Shown: positions 25,687 through 39,300, numbered from the stretch's first letter. The stretch: DNA of 64,000 bases from Octopus sinensis (GCF_006345805.1 NC_043005.1:42470001-42534000); one strand, 5' to 3'. Numbers and translations: made by a program. The notes: generated by a model from the sequence alone, not told the origin.

Positions 25687-25965
25687 GTACAAATGGCTGA
25701 ACATTACTCAGTCGTGTGAATCCTTAGTTTAATCATCGAGTAACCGCAGTATGACAAGATTGCACCATTGAATTTCGCATTCGACGAGCTTCCACAGAGT
25801 TTTATTCTAACGGATTTACTCACAGGGCTTGTATTGATCTAACGCTGAAGGGAAAAGAAAGACACTTGCCTAAAGTGGCGTCCATTTGGATCGAGCCCGG
25901 TGCCACATAATTGCTTAACACACTTCTTAACTATGCTTCTTAAACATTCAGATATTTTACGCTCA

Positions 25966-26290
25966 TACACAAATATAGAGACACCCAAAGACACACGAAC
26001 AGATTCGCACATAGAGCACACACGCATACACACATGCCTAATTGCACGTACACAAATATAGAAACACCCAAAGACACACGAACAGATTCGCACATAGAGC
26101 ACACGCGCATACACACATGCCTAATTGCACATACACAAATATAGAGACACCCAAAGACACACGAACAGATTCGCACATAGAGCACACACGCATACACACA
26201 TGCCTAATTGCACATACACAAATATAGAAACACCCAAAGACACACGAACAGATTCGCACATAGAGCACACACGCATACACACATGCATGC
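25966..26290. repeat. 83-bp minisatellite, about 4 copies
   Basis: Unit ATACACAAATATAGAGACACCCAAAGAC...GCCTAATTGCAC; the ORF track repeats with an 83-nt offset (26042 and 26125). Confidence 0.92.
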
Positions 26291-27532
26291 ATGCACATAC
26301 GTACACACACATACACACGCACATATTTTTTTTTTAGTTGGTGATTCACAGAAATAGTATTGTCTTTGACAAAATACCTTGTGGTATTTATTCACTTGCC
26401 TTTAGGTTCTAAGAAGAAATATTGCCGAATCGACATGTTCCAAGCAACTATTGATGTTGATTTCATCGATTAAACCCCCACCACAGAAAAAGCAGTGTTT
26501 TGCCTATGTTGGAAATCAATATTTAATAATGGAAATGAAGGTGGTAATTCTCACAATCAGTACAGAATCGGATTTGTAATAGATTTAAGTTATATTTTCA
26601 ATTCTGGTTGTGATAAACTTACGTCCTCCTGATCGATAAAGTAATTACCAATCTATTTAATCGATTTTTGCCTCCCCAAAATTTGCGATCTTATCACAAT
26701 GTAATAAATCAATATTATATAATTGAGGGCGGTGATTATCAGATTTGGTAGGGCATCGGGCAAAATAGTTTGTTAACTTCAGTTGTTTCTCATTATGTTT
26801 CCTGAAAAAAAAAAAAGGGCAATTGCATTTAATAACAGATCTAAATGTAATATATTGGGTCGCTTTTAATCTGCAGGGCCACATCTCGAGACGTATAGAA
26901 TTGCATCAGTATAAGCTGATATTAATTTATTTGTTTATCTTTCAGACCCAAATCGGCAAAAAAAAAAACACCCCCTAACCTAACAGCGCCCCCACCCCAA
27001 TCCAACTCCACCTCTAAATGCGAGGGGAATGAGATGTTCACACTTGGAAGTCTTTCTCTCTTATTACCAGCATTTCTGCGCTTCGTAACAACCTACATTC
27101 ATATAGAAACTAGCCGCCTATTGTAGGGCTCGGTTGACTTGGTAGGAATACAATAAGGAGAGTATGCATGTACACCAGAGTACATTTGCAAACGCTCCTT
27201 TGTTTAAGACAGTAAGATATGGCTTAGGGTTATTTTAATGTCAGCATGGAGTGTTTTGGGGAGTATTCTGAGAATATGTATATTTATGTAAGTATGAGGT
27301 TTTCTCTCAGTTTCATTTAAGCCCTTCTTGAAAGAGTTCAAGCCGGTCACTAATAAAGTGACAAGATTATTTCTGTTAAGAGAGTTCCCGACGTTTGTAA
27401 ATTTGTGGTTGAGTTGGCACGTGGGTTGAAGTGTCGAAGCATACATCCAAGTGTCTGCATTTATTCATATGATATTTTTGTATGTATGTATAAATGTATG
27501 TATGTATGTATTTATGTATGTATATATATATA

Positions 27533-27590
<58 letters not shown>

Positions 27591-28764
27591 ATATATATAT
27601 ATGCCACATTTTTATATATTCTTACATCCTTTAAGATTTTTATTAGTGTTCGAATTTTTATGCAAGTATGTTTTTAAATAAGTTTATCTGTTATAGAACC
27701 AATTATCACATTTTTTGCCATTGATCCTTGGTATTTCAATCGATAGAAAATGTGTACCACTTTCTCGGGTGAATTCTGGATGTAATTTGAGTTCATCGAA
27801 TGGTTTTACCATGACCACCTTAAAGTTTACAAGGATGAAGTATTATGTAGCTTCTATTTTATTTTAAAGTAATCTATTTTTTAATGCTTAAATTGGTTTA
27901 TATATCCGTTTTATCTTACCTGGTCCTTATATTCCTTTCTAAATTTTAAAATTCTACTTTTCATTACACAAAATATAATAATATATAGATTTTGATATAC
28001 TTTGGTTGTATCTTTTTTCCGTCTGTACCCTTAATGCCCTTTGATCTCATTGTAACGTCCTTTGTTTTCTATAGTTGGTCCCTTTAACTGATAATAATAA
28101 AATAGTTTATGTCACCCCTACCTTCCCTCTTTCTGGGCATTTACCACTATCTTACTGAGTTCTTCTGAGATTTATTTCTTTATGTGCTCATAGGGAATTT
28201 ATAGCCATACTGATTTAAAGGGAAAGTATCTGACAATAATTAATTTATTATCAGCAGCATGAACATAACTGTCAACTCCCAGTGGTTTTAATTCTTAGTG
28301 GACGTACTATACTAGCTGCATTAGATCTTTCGATGGTGATAAGGAGATAGATAAAAATTGTAGCTAAATTACCATATCATGACCCCATTGTTATTTTCTT
28401 CTGCCATACCAAATTATAGTTGGCGTATTTTTCTCTCTAAGTTAATTCTTCTATAATAATAACAACATGTAATTCTTTCATCTTCTACTTCTGATGAAAT
28501 ATTTGCTAACAACTGTAATGGAGTATCTTGTATATTGAAAACCTATATTTTGCATCCGAAGATGGCAACGTATTTCAAATTGAAGTAATGTTTGCATTGT
28601 TCGATTAAATGGAGCCGCCTGAAACGGCCGTAATGCACTAATGCCTGGACATCATTGCTACTTATTTGCTTTTTATTACCCTTACATCGAGCTGTGGGGA
28701 TAATACCAGACTGACTTGGTACCTCAACTTAAGTAATTAATTCAACTGAATCTTAATTATTTCT

Positions 28765-28835
<71 letters not shown>

Positions 28836-29038
28836 GTATAATCAATTTGAAGATGTCAGGTCCTCGTTAGGGATTGAATAATCTAAAAATTTCACAGGTT
28901 AATCACTATCATATATGGAGAACGTATCGGCGATATTTTAGCGATTATTATAGTAATACATATTGTTAATAATGAGTAAAGAAAGAAAATGGAGAATTAT
29001 GGATATATAAATAGTTTATTTGTACGCTGCAATTTTTT

Positions 29039-29407
29039 TTATAAAAACAATACAAATAAATTGTAAAGCTCTAAAAGAAATGGCAGATGCCAAGAACCTA
29101 CATATAAGTTTCGATTCATGCCCCTAGGATTTTAGTAATTCTAAGAATTTGAGTAGGTCATATGCTAAGAATTGGTCATTATTTGCAACTATATAGAGTA
29201 GAATTGGTGATCATAATTCAACTAAATGGAGTAGAATCTCATAAAGCTCCATGTAGTTGAAAATGATGACCAAGTTTTAGCATATGACTCTACCCAAATG
29301 TTTAAAATTACTAATTACCTAGGTACATGGATCGAAACATATATGTAGGTTTTTGACATCTGCCATTTCTTTTAGAGCTTTATAATTCATTTGCATTGTT
29401 TTTATAA
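29039..29407. mobile_element. Foldback-type element with about 160-bp imperfect arms
   Basis: TTATAAAAACAA...AAAGCTCTAAAAGAAATGGCAGATG mirrored at 29247-29407; the spacer repeats a roughly 33-bp subunit of the arm. Confidence 0.75.
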
Positions 29408-29477
29408 TAACTTTCAACCACGTTATATCACACAAATAAATTATTCATACTTCCATAATTCTCCTGTTCCTTTCTCA

Positions 29478-29549
<72 letters not shown>

Positions 29550-31529
29550 CTTTTGAAATATTACAAGTCACAACATGACACTTAAAATAATTAATATGTT
29601 GTGAATGATAAATATATACATATACAATTTATACATACATACATACATATGTGTATGTGCAAACATAGTTATGTACATGCATATCTATACATACATATAC
29701 ACACATAGAAATATATACATCTACATGCATACATATATATGCATACATACATATATACATACATACATGCATACATATACAGAGAGGGAGAGAGAGAGAT
29801 GGGGAGAGATCAACACGTGAATGCTTATAAAGTACGTGTATATATTATGTATGTAATATATGTTTGGGCTTTTATTTGGATTTTTATTTGTGTGAGTATG
29901 TACACATATTTGAGGGTGTACGTAACTGCTATATGCGCCAAGCGATGTTATCTATGCATACTGCTAAGTATGCGTCTACCATTCATATGTATATATGTAT
30001 GAATTCTTGCGTACCTTCGCACGCAAAATCTATCTTTTCTAGTAAGTTTTACAAAGTCGTCTATTTTCTAATGTTGTTATGTTAACTATAATTTTTTTTT
30101 TCTTTGTTAAGCATTGCCCAAGCAACTGTTATTTCTGTTTCTTCTTAAACTTAGCCAATATTGTGTCTCATCACATCTCGATGTTCTTCGAATTGATTCT
30201 AATTTAATATGCATACGGTCGAACAAAATATTATATTTTATTAGGCAGCTGCTTGACAGCAAACATGATTGCCCTGGCCTTACAACTGAATTCTGTGGAT
30301 ATGATTTATTTTTCAAATAATTTGAAAACTTTTACTCTTTTGTTCCTTCTTTGCTTCACAAACTATAGATTTTAGTGTCTTATATCGTATTTATTTATAC
30401 CGTTTGCTTTCTGTACTGTTAATATGACAAGGTAACAATCCAACAAGACAATTTTTAAATAGGCAACAAGAAACGAAGTTTCATCATATTTGTTGATTAT
30501 AAGAGAAAGAGGAGTACCTGAATAAATAATTGATTAGCAGATTCCAGGAGTTTTAAAAGGCTTATAAAATATTACTGGTCATTATGTTATTTGATAATAT
30601 AAAATATTATAAATTTTATAGATTATGGTTTGGAATATTCTTCCCGGTTAATATTCTGCACAGTATAACCATCTAGATAGTTTAACAAGTTTTTAAAAAC
30701 AGTTTTAGTATAATTATAATAAATTTAACATTTAGATTCAGATTTGAATACTTTAACTTGCATTAAATACTTAAATGATATACTCGGTTTCCTTATTTGG
30801 AGAATTTGATTTATGAAAATCGATAACTACGATAGGGACAAAGAAACTATTTAAACATTTAAAAAATATTTCTAAAGAATGAAAATATTTAATTTGTCTT
30901 TTTGCTGGAAAGCTGAAAATCTTCATGCAAATTATACTGCTAAAGAGCGATTTTATCATGATTATATGGAAAAGAAACTTGGCGGTATTTATTTTCGAAA
31001 GTGTTTGTTTAAAGAAAGGTGAATATGTTTCTTAAATGATTAAAGCAGTGACAGTTATAAAACAATGACATGTAATAATACTGTTGTATCATTTACGCAA
31101 GTAACATTAGCTTGATCTTTTATAACGGAACTTCTACTTTCAATATATTTTAAATTCTCTTCCAGTTCTTACACATGGTTTCCTGATTGGAGAAAAATTA
31201 CCCTCTAAACTGGAAATAATACAAGTAGTTCACATATTTTCCTGCCTGAGAAATTGAACTAAGTTTTACATGCCAACGGAAAACTGATGCTCCAAACAGC
31301 TGTGTAATGTACCACTCTCAGTATGACCTTCTAGAAATAGCAGCCGAATATATTAAAGCTACCGTTTTAAACATAATCAGACACATTCGATAATGTAGCT
31401 CTGGATATCGAAAGCTTTCCATCATGACACACCTGCCACTTAATGGACTGGATGATTATGGATGGAAAGCATTTGGTCTTAGGTTTATTAAATTGCGGCT
31501 GATCTACGATTAAACATCAATATATTGGA

Positions 31530-31755
31530 GAATGGAAGAGTCAGTAAAGTTACCCTCTCGAGTCATAAGGGCCGGTTTCCCGGTTTCCATGGCGGATAAA
31601 TTCCCCACCTGGATGGGACGCGGGTCCATCGCAGGTTTACTAATTTTTGTCAGCTGATTGAACTGGGGCAACGTGAAATTAAGGGTTTTGCTCAAGAACA
31701 CGACGCGTCGCCCGGTCCAGGAATCGCCCTAACCACTAATTCATGCACACCACCA
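31530..31755 (-). mobile_element. SINE F5, diverged
   Basis: GGGCCGGTTTCCCGGTTTCCATGGCG...GCTCAAGAACACGACGCG matches 47320-47820. Confidence 0.75.
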
Positions 31756-32057
31756 CATAATGGAAAGAGTCTGTAGTTACATGAGTTTAAGTGTCGTAAG
31801 TCTAAACACTGGGCAATGAAAGTGAATGAATGAGAGCTATAGTTGATCCATAGACTCTTCTTAAATACTATTTTATTGACTCTCATATAAGTGGAAAGTA
31901 AAGTCTAACCTCGTGGGATTTTAAACCAGAAACGAACATTACCTATTTCAGAGCCATCGATAGACCAATCTCTGGAAGGGCATTGATCTGTTAGACTATG
32001 TCTCTGAAATGGCAATCTACTCTCTTAAAAATATCCTCGAGACCACGTTCTACTGCT

Positions 32058-32392
32058 TTAACCTTTTAACATATTATCCCGTACATTTTCGTTCAGAGAT
32101 GTCTAGTATATATATATATATATTTGAACGAAACTATACGTTCACAGTACGCTGAAGTATCTGCCACTTATTTCTAACCCGAAATACTTCGTTCATAAAG
32201 TTATTCCTGTTTTCTATCATTAACTATCAGTAACTATCATTTCTATCAGTAACTTCATAATAAATCATGACTGATCCAAAATAATTTATGTACTTATTCT
32301 TCCTTATATACAGATTCAAAATAAATAATAAAAAATTATGATATTTTCTATATGGAAATTGAAAAAAAACATGTGTAAGTTAAGAAGTTAAA
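32058..32392. mobile_element. Possible piggyBac-type MITE
   Basis: TTAACCTTTTAAC at the left and GTTAAGAAGTTAA at the right; TTAA termini only, diverged. Confidence 0.35.
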
Positions 32393-32924
32393 GAATCGAT
32401 GCATAGGAAAAAAAGTCGAGAAGGTCCTGGTAGGACTGCTTTTGGTTATAGATCTTCTCATTCATTAGTGACCGAGTGTAAGCAACACCACCATCATCAA
32501 TAACAACAGAAGTATTGTTAATGTTGTGAAAATTACATTATCAATGCACGTGTTAAGGAATGACATGACATGAAACTCAGCAACATCAATTGTCATTAAT
32601 AAAAGGAAAGGATCTGCGTTGGTTTCGACAATGAGTTGTTCGATCAATTGAATTGCTCTACTCCTGCATTAGCGTGTAAGCGATTGACTACTTTACAAAC
32701 ATGTGTAGCCTTAACTTAATCTCCAGGTAGAATCAGTGTGACACAGTGTATGACAAAGCTGTATTTTTTTTAATTACGAACACAATCCATCCAATGGAAT
32801 TCCACACTTGTTACATTTACCCAGTCACAATCACCTGAGGCCATAGTAAAGCTACGTCCAATTGTCAACGACGAATAAACACCATATACGTCGCTGGTAT
32901 TGGGGGAGACGACAACTTCGACTT

Positions 32925-33480
32925 TAGTTGTTGATGATGATGATGATGATGATGATGATGAGGAGGAGGAGGAGGAGGAGGATGAAGAAAGTAGGGGTGC
33001 TGGTTCTCGTGCCGGTGGGTTGGATTGGGGTGGCGGTGGTGGCTATTGGTAATAACGAACAAGTAATGGTCGAAGTGATAGAGGTGGTGGTTATGGTGGT
33101 GATGGTTGTGATGGTGACGGTTGTGGTGGTGTTGGTGTTGGTGGTTGTGGTGGTATTTGTAGCGCTGGTGGCGGTGGTGGTAGTGGTGTTGGTGGTTTCG
33201 CTGGTGGCGGTGGTGATAGTGGTGATGGTGGTGGTGGTGGTGTGATGGTAGTGGAAGCGGTTGTGGTTGTGGCGATAGTAGCAGTGTTGTTGTTGTTGTT
33301 GTTGTCGGTGGTGGTGGTGGTGGTGGTGGTGGTGATGGTAGCACTGGTGTCCGAGGTAGTAGTGGTGATGACGGTGGTAGTGATGGTGCTAATAGTGGTA
33401 GCTGTGGTGGTGATAGTGGTGGTGGTGGTGGTGGTGTTTGTGCTGATGGTATTACCAATGACGATAATATTGTTGATGTT
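32925..33480. repeat. Compound trinucleotide low-complexity tract (GAT/GAG/GGT/GTT)
   Basis: Direct reading; it generates the Pro/His/Thr/Val-rich ORFs in the track. Confidence 0.9.
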
Positions 33481-33686
33481 CATGATAGTAACAGTATCAG
33501 AGCTGTCGATATTAGAAATTACTTAGTATCATTCTGTGCGATCCTATCAACCGGCAGCATAGTCCGATGTTAAATAATAAGAGATAAAAGTAACGAGAGA
33601 GAGAGAGACGTTTAGACATACCAACAAAACCATCGGTTGGATGCTAAAAATGCTTTCTTTCTTTCTGCATCTCTCTCTTTCGTTCT

Positions 33687-33723
<37 letters not shown>

Positions 33724-34479
33724 TTTAATTACATGCAAATACAGGTTATGACGAGTACACATATATCTGCAAGTTAGAGAAATGTGACGAAAGAATTCAG
33801 TTATCAACTGCGCACGATCACCGTCCTCACTCGCTACCATTGCTAATGCAATTTCAATAGATTTACGATCCAATACTTTCGTCTAAAACAGAATTCCATT
33901 GAATAAAAAGAACAGAACGAAAAAAAAAATCTATAATGATTTATCAGGACTACTTTCTAGATTTTATCAAATGTTAAAAACTGTTTATAAAATAATAATT
34001 TTATTGTTTTATGGGTGTATAATTAACGATTGATTTTTTTTCTTTTTTGTAATCTTGCTGGTGGACTGCTTTCGAATGGCTTTCGCATGAAGAGAACAAG
34101 AGATTGCCCCCTCTTTATTCGATCGAATCGATATTATTGATACATTATCCTTAATCTATATGCTAATTGAAAAACACATCGTTATCCTACTAACAACTAG
34201 TGTGCTGTTTACATATTCTTACTCACATAAAACATTACAAATATCTCACACTTGATTATTGATGTCAACCGATAGAGGTATTATATGACACGGGCTATTT
34301 GTGTTCAATACATTTTGATGGAAAGTCTCAGATCAAGAAGCTAGTCGATATTTATGTAAATCTCATTTATTCATAAACCTAATCAAGCTATTTCTCCTGA
34401 CCAGGCTAAATTTCGATGTAGGGGAGGTCATTTTTATGACTATTTTATCCTGTGAAATTGTTGAAAGATTGTGTCAGGA

Positions 34480-35360
34480 TAAACAGAAGATAAGACAAAA
34501 AGAAAGCGAAGAAATAAATGAAGTACGTTTGAGGTACGTTCACGAGACAATAAAGTTCCATAAAAGAAAAGGTGTACATGAAGCAAGCATAGTGACGAGA
34601 GACATTCATGTGTCAAGGAAGATGCATGAGAGGAGTGGTACATGAAACAAATTGGGTACATGAGAGAAGAAGCGCTTGAGAGAAATGAGTATATGAGAGA
34701 AAAGGTACGTGAGATAAAAAGGTATATGAGAAAGGATAAGTACATGAAGGCAGTAGGAGGCTTTTGACAAGATATGCATATGAGAAATTAGGGGTACATG
34801 TGCGAAAACTGGCACGTCAGACAAGAGGGATACCTCAAACAAGAGAGGTATTTATGAAAAGATGGTAAATAAAATAAGAGAGGAGGGGAAGTACATGAGA
34901 AAGTGAAAACGCCTGGCTTAGTGGTTAGGGTATTCGGCTCATGATCGTGATGTCGTGAGTTCAGTTCCCGGCGGCGCGTTGGGTCCTTGAGAAAGATACT
35001 TTATTTCACGTTGCTCCAGTCCATTCAGCTGGCAAAAATGAGTAGTACCTGTATTTCAGAGGGACGGCTTTGTTGCATTCTGTATCACGCTGAGTCTCCC
35101 TGAGAGCTACCTACCTTAAAGGTGGAGTGCTCAGCCACTTGCACGTTAATTTCACGAGCAAGCTGTTCCGTTGATCGGATCAACTGGAACCTTCATCGTC
35201 GTAACCGAGGGAGTGCCAATTAACATGAGAGACGGTGACAAATAACATGTAAGATAGTACTTAAGGCAAGACATGTACATAAGATAAGAAAGTTGCATAA
35301 CAGAAAAGCATACATAAGAGAAGAGAGACGTATGAGAGACTAAGGATAGATGAAAAAGTT
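34480..35360. repeat. Degenerate purine-rich minisatellite (GAGAAAAGGTACATGA-like), split by a SINE
   Basis: Recurrent TACATGA(G/A) at roughly 16-20 bp spacing on both sides of 34905-35218. Confidence 0.6.
34905..35218 (+). mobile_element. Mosaic SINE (F5-like head and middle, F3-like tail)
   Basis: GGCTTAGTGGTTAGGG head; CACGTTGCTCCAGTCCATTCAGCTGGCAAAAATGAGT middle; GGAGTGCTCAGCCACTTGCACG...CGTAACCGA tail. Confidence 0.75.
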
Positions 35361-35390
35361 TAATGGTTTATATTTTATTATATTTTATAT

Positions 35391-35725
35391 GCTCATGGCT
35401 CAGTGGTTAGAGCGTCGAGCTTACGATCGTGAGGTTGGGAGCTCGAATCCCGGACCGGGCTGCGTGTTGTGTTCTTGAGCAAGGCACTTTATTTCACGTT
35501 GCTCCAGCTTACTCAGCTGTAGAAATGAGTTGCGACGTCACTGGTGCCAAGCTGTATCGACCTTTGTCTTTCCCTTGGATAACACTGGTGGCGTGGAGAG
35601 GGGAGGCTGGTATGCATGGGCGACTGCTGGTCTTCCATAAAAAACAACCTTGCCCGGACTTGTGTCTAGGAGGGTAACTTTCTAGGTGCAATCCCATGGT
35701 CATTCATGACCGAAGGGGGTCTTTA
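35391..35725 (+). mobile_element. SINE F4 (tRNA head, CORE/V-like middle)
   Basis: A box TGGCTCAGTGG, B box GCTCGAATCCC; homologous to 50664-50997. Confidence 0.9.
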
Positions 35726-36351
35726 ATATACTTGATTATATTTCATAAGCTTATAAACTTACTAACTAGTATTTTCTTCTGAGGAAGGAAAGGAATGAAA
35801 ATTATCAATAACATGATTTCAACATATTTTTAATAACAACAGGCCGCAATTCGAAGAACATTTGGTGGTTATTTATAGCAGACGTGTACAGTCCTGTCGT
35901 AATTCGACCGTGTTATTAATTCACGAACACTAAACATATTGATATAAAGTATTGGGTATTGTTTGGAGTTCCTCTTTCCTGATATATTGAAAGCGTTTTC
36001 TGGTCTGAAGGCTTTGAAGGAGAAAGAATGATGAGTGTGATTAAATGTTAATTGTATTGTTAAATATTTATTGTGTAGTTGATGGTGTCGACAAGTCTTT
36101 CGAAGTAAAGAAAATGTATTTATTTGTTGAGAGACTGACTTCAATTCTTGTCAAGAAAATGCTTTGTCTATAAATGGAATATTGTCAGATTTATTAAGAC
36201 TTGAATATTTTGATAGGCTGAACGTAAAGCATTCGATTTGTATTATTTACCGAAAAATACTTATAATTTATTTGCTTTAATACTATGTAGTAATATTTCG
36301 TTTTTGGATTTGGTTTGCAAGATTATTTATATGAGTTCGTGTGTTGAAGCA

Positions 36352-36965
36352 TATTCTGTTGTGTCTGGGGAGAGTAATTTTCTTTTTGTGCCTTATATTG
36401 TAACACACTCACCGGTAAAATAGTCAAGACTATTGAAAAGGTTGCAAGACGCAACGAAAATTTTAGGAAAATAAAAATAAGAAAAAAGTGGAAATTTTAC
36501 CGGTGAGTGTGTTACAATATAAAGCACAGTGGAGGCGCAATGGCCCAGTGGTTAGGGCAGCGGACTCGCGGTCGTAGGATCGCGGTTTCGATTCCCAGAC
36601 CGGGCGTTGTGAGTGTTTATTCAGCTAAAACACCTAAAAAAGCTCCACGAGGCTCCGGCAGGGATGGTGGTGATCCCTGCTGTACTCTTTCACCACAACT
36701 TTCTCTCACTCTTACTTCCTGTTTCTGTTGTACCTGTATTTCAAAGGGCCGACCTTGTCACTCTCTGTGTCACGCTGAATATCCCCGAGAACTACGTTAA
36801 GGGTACACGTGTCTGTGGAGTGCTCAGCCACTTACACGTTAATTTCACGAGCAGGCTGTTCTGTTGATTGGATCAACCGGAACCCTCGTCGTCGTAACCG
36901 ACGGAATGCTTCCACCATAAAGCACAAAAAGAAAATGACTCTCCCCAGACACAACAGACTATGTA
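36352..36965. repeat. Inverted repeat (about 70-bp arms) whose right arm is split by a SINE F3
   Basis: TGTGTCTGGGGAGAG...TGTAACACACTCACCGGTAAAAT is mirrored at 36494-36528 and resumes at 36917-36965. Confidence 0.8.
36529..36916 (+). mobile_element. SINE F3, full length
   Basis: A box TGGCCCAGTGG, B box GGTTTCGATTCCC; 10-bp target duplication ATAAAGCACA. Confidence 0.93.
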
Positions 36966-37820
36966 GTAATTTCTGTGTAAATTCTGTGATTTTTGCACGT
37001 CAGTGAAATACAATGTACTAGTTATTTTGAAAACTATTATATTTGCATCGCAAACATTTACAAGTAAAGCGAACTCTCCTAAGATAGTAGCTTCAGAACC
37101 AAAAGTAATTTCTTACAGTTATTAGTAATCCTATTTTCTGAAATTAATGCCGGTTCACTAATATTTCCAGCTAATCCATTTCCTACTAAATTTCCCCTGT
37201 AATTGCTACATGTATAATGTGTCAGCCTTTCAGCTGACAATGATGTATAATGGTCATTATACCAACATTATACACGATATATAGCCTTGGCTTTACATTT
37301 GTTGCACCAAATGACTTTATACAATTTTGCTTCGAGTTTTCTACCCACATTTATATTTATAATCACCTAGATATTTCTGTTTGTTATAATTTGTTAAATT
37401 GACACAACCAGCTGCGATTCTCATTATATAATGTGCATTAACATTATAATGTTTATTTATTTATTTATTTATTTATTTATTTTGAATTATTCCAGTAAAG
37501 ACATTTAAGGGCATTAAATAATTTTCCGGCGAAGAAAATTGTTTTAAATGTGAATTTAAAAGCAGTTTATTATATAAATCATTTCTTTATTTACCTCCAG
37601 TTACAACTGACAAAGACAAACGTCGTTATGTGCATATCTATATGTATGCTTGTTTTCTCTGCTTTCTCGTTTTTGTGAAGCCTCATCATGTCAACAATAA
37701 CAGTGCAGAACTATGATTGAAGGTAGTTTTAGGAATTTTTTTTAATCTGTACTTATTTTCGTTAACACGATTCAATAGTGAAGTTATATAACACACACAC
37801 ACACAACACACACACACATA

Positions 37821-37894
<74 letters not shown>

Positions 37895-38003
37895 GATGCA
37901 GACATGGCTGTGTGGTTAAAAAGCTCACTTTGCTACCACGGGTTTTCCAGTTCATTCCCCACTACGTAAATGTCTTATACTATAGTACCGGGGGCCACTA
38001 ATA

Positions 38004-38829
38004 CCGAGGCGGTATCAAAAGGTTCGCGGAATATGTTTAATAAAAAGTAACTTATTTACCTAAATTTAACATCATCTCCTTTGAAATAGTCTTCTTGCGT
38101 AGCAATACACCAATTCCAGCATTCCCGCCATTTTTGGTATCTGGTCTGGAAGTTGTTTTCCGTAAACGAGTCGAGGACCTTGTGCGATTCGCTCTGGGTC
38201 TCGATGACAGGTGCTAAATCTGGCGAAAATGGCGGGTGCAGAAGCGATACCATGTTTTTTTGGTTTTTTTTGGCGAGAAACTCATGAGGAGATTTTGGTG
38301 ACAGGGTGTATTGTGTTAGTGAAGAATCCAATTTTTCGAGCTCCGCAGATCTGGTCGCTTTCGCCGAATATCCTCCCTCAAACATTTCAAAACTTCATTG
38401 ATTGTCCTCTAACGATGCTCATGCACAAGCTGATGAATTTTCTCCCCATTTCAAGGAATGACACTTGATAGGTTTTTCAGAAACGTTCTTCCACTTTTGA
38501 AGCGCCCATGCCACTCGAAACATTATGCACGACCCACTGCCTCATCACCATAAGTTTGCCGAAGCATGCTCAATGTCTCTGTTGCAGACTTCCCAATTTT
38601 AAACCAAAATTTTACGTTGCCTCTTTGCTCCAACTTCCTGTCCATGCATAAAATTGCAGTCTACAGCATACACGTGATCACAAATGCAAAAATGTCACAA
38701 CTTGCTAAGTAAACACAACTGTGTAAATCAGCACAGAGCCTTAGAAATGTTACTGTTAACTCTCACCGCGCTCACAACCGTTCGCTGCCATCTGTTGGTG
38801 CGCTATAGGACTAATCCGGGAACCTTCTG
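38004..38829 (-). mobile_element. Internally deleted mariner (separate family)
   Basis: EQRGNVKFWFKIGKSATETLSMLRQTYGDEA...FEWHGRFKSGR N-terminus; LHPPFSPDLAP...YQKWRECW C-terminus; TIRs AAAGGTTCGCGGAAT / AATCCGGGAACCTT. Confidence 0.82.
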
Positions 38830-39059
38830 TTTTGTGAGTAAATTTGGTTGACGGAAACTGTGAAAAAGCGTATGTATTTATTTCTTGTCGCGAGATAAAA
38901 AAAATAAAGAGATGCTTTGATTGGCTCCGAATGCTTCCAACAGAAAAGAACTCTTTCACACTCTTCTTCTTCACATCGAGTCTCACTTGCCGTTAGTACC
39001 TAATTTGCACAAACTCTCCAATACCCAAAATTTTCCGCCATCTTCTTTAATGCATTTTG

Positions 39060-39300
39060 ACCACAGTCCATTTGTACAGCAAGCTCGGAGATAGTAACTC
39101 GTTTGTCTGAACAAATCATTTCGGCAACTGATGGTCTTCCACTGCGTAGTTTATCTTCAATGCTGGTTTACCTTTCTGTAAACTTCTTTATCCATTTATG
39201 CACATTTCTCTTCTAAATGTTATCATCTTCGTAAACAACTTATAGCCTTCTATGGAAGTCGAACAATCTGCATTCTTCCTTCGTTAAGACGGCACGTTTC
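39060..39300 (-). pseudogene. Mariner N-terminal (HTH) fragment
   Basis: FHRRL*VVYEDD...VHKWIKKF...SIEDKLRSGRPS...DKRVTISELA. Confidence 0.65.

Noticed and set aside
27100-28450. Possible PLE fragments on minus (KGL motif, ITMGS motif)
   Set aside because: Too degraded, and the motifs are in the wrong order for a single element; not listed as a feature.
32865-33526. Pro/His/Thr/Val-rich ORFs of 94-197 aa
   Set aside because: They are open on both strands because of mixed trinucleotide repeats; no domain or splice context.
33760-33885. Minus-strand ORF MDRKSIEIALAMVASEDGDRAQ with a good acceptor
   Set aside because: No recognisable protein, ambiguous donor, and it does not chain in phase with other candidate exons.
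35760-36250. Possible LINE RT N-terminal relic on minus
   Set aside because: Only faint motif resemblance across several frameshifts.
36529-36605. tRNA gene (also at 35391, 49287, 50664, 56817)
   Set aside because: A and B boxes are present but there is no acceptor-stem closure or terminator, and each continues into a SINE body, several with target duplications.
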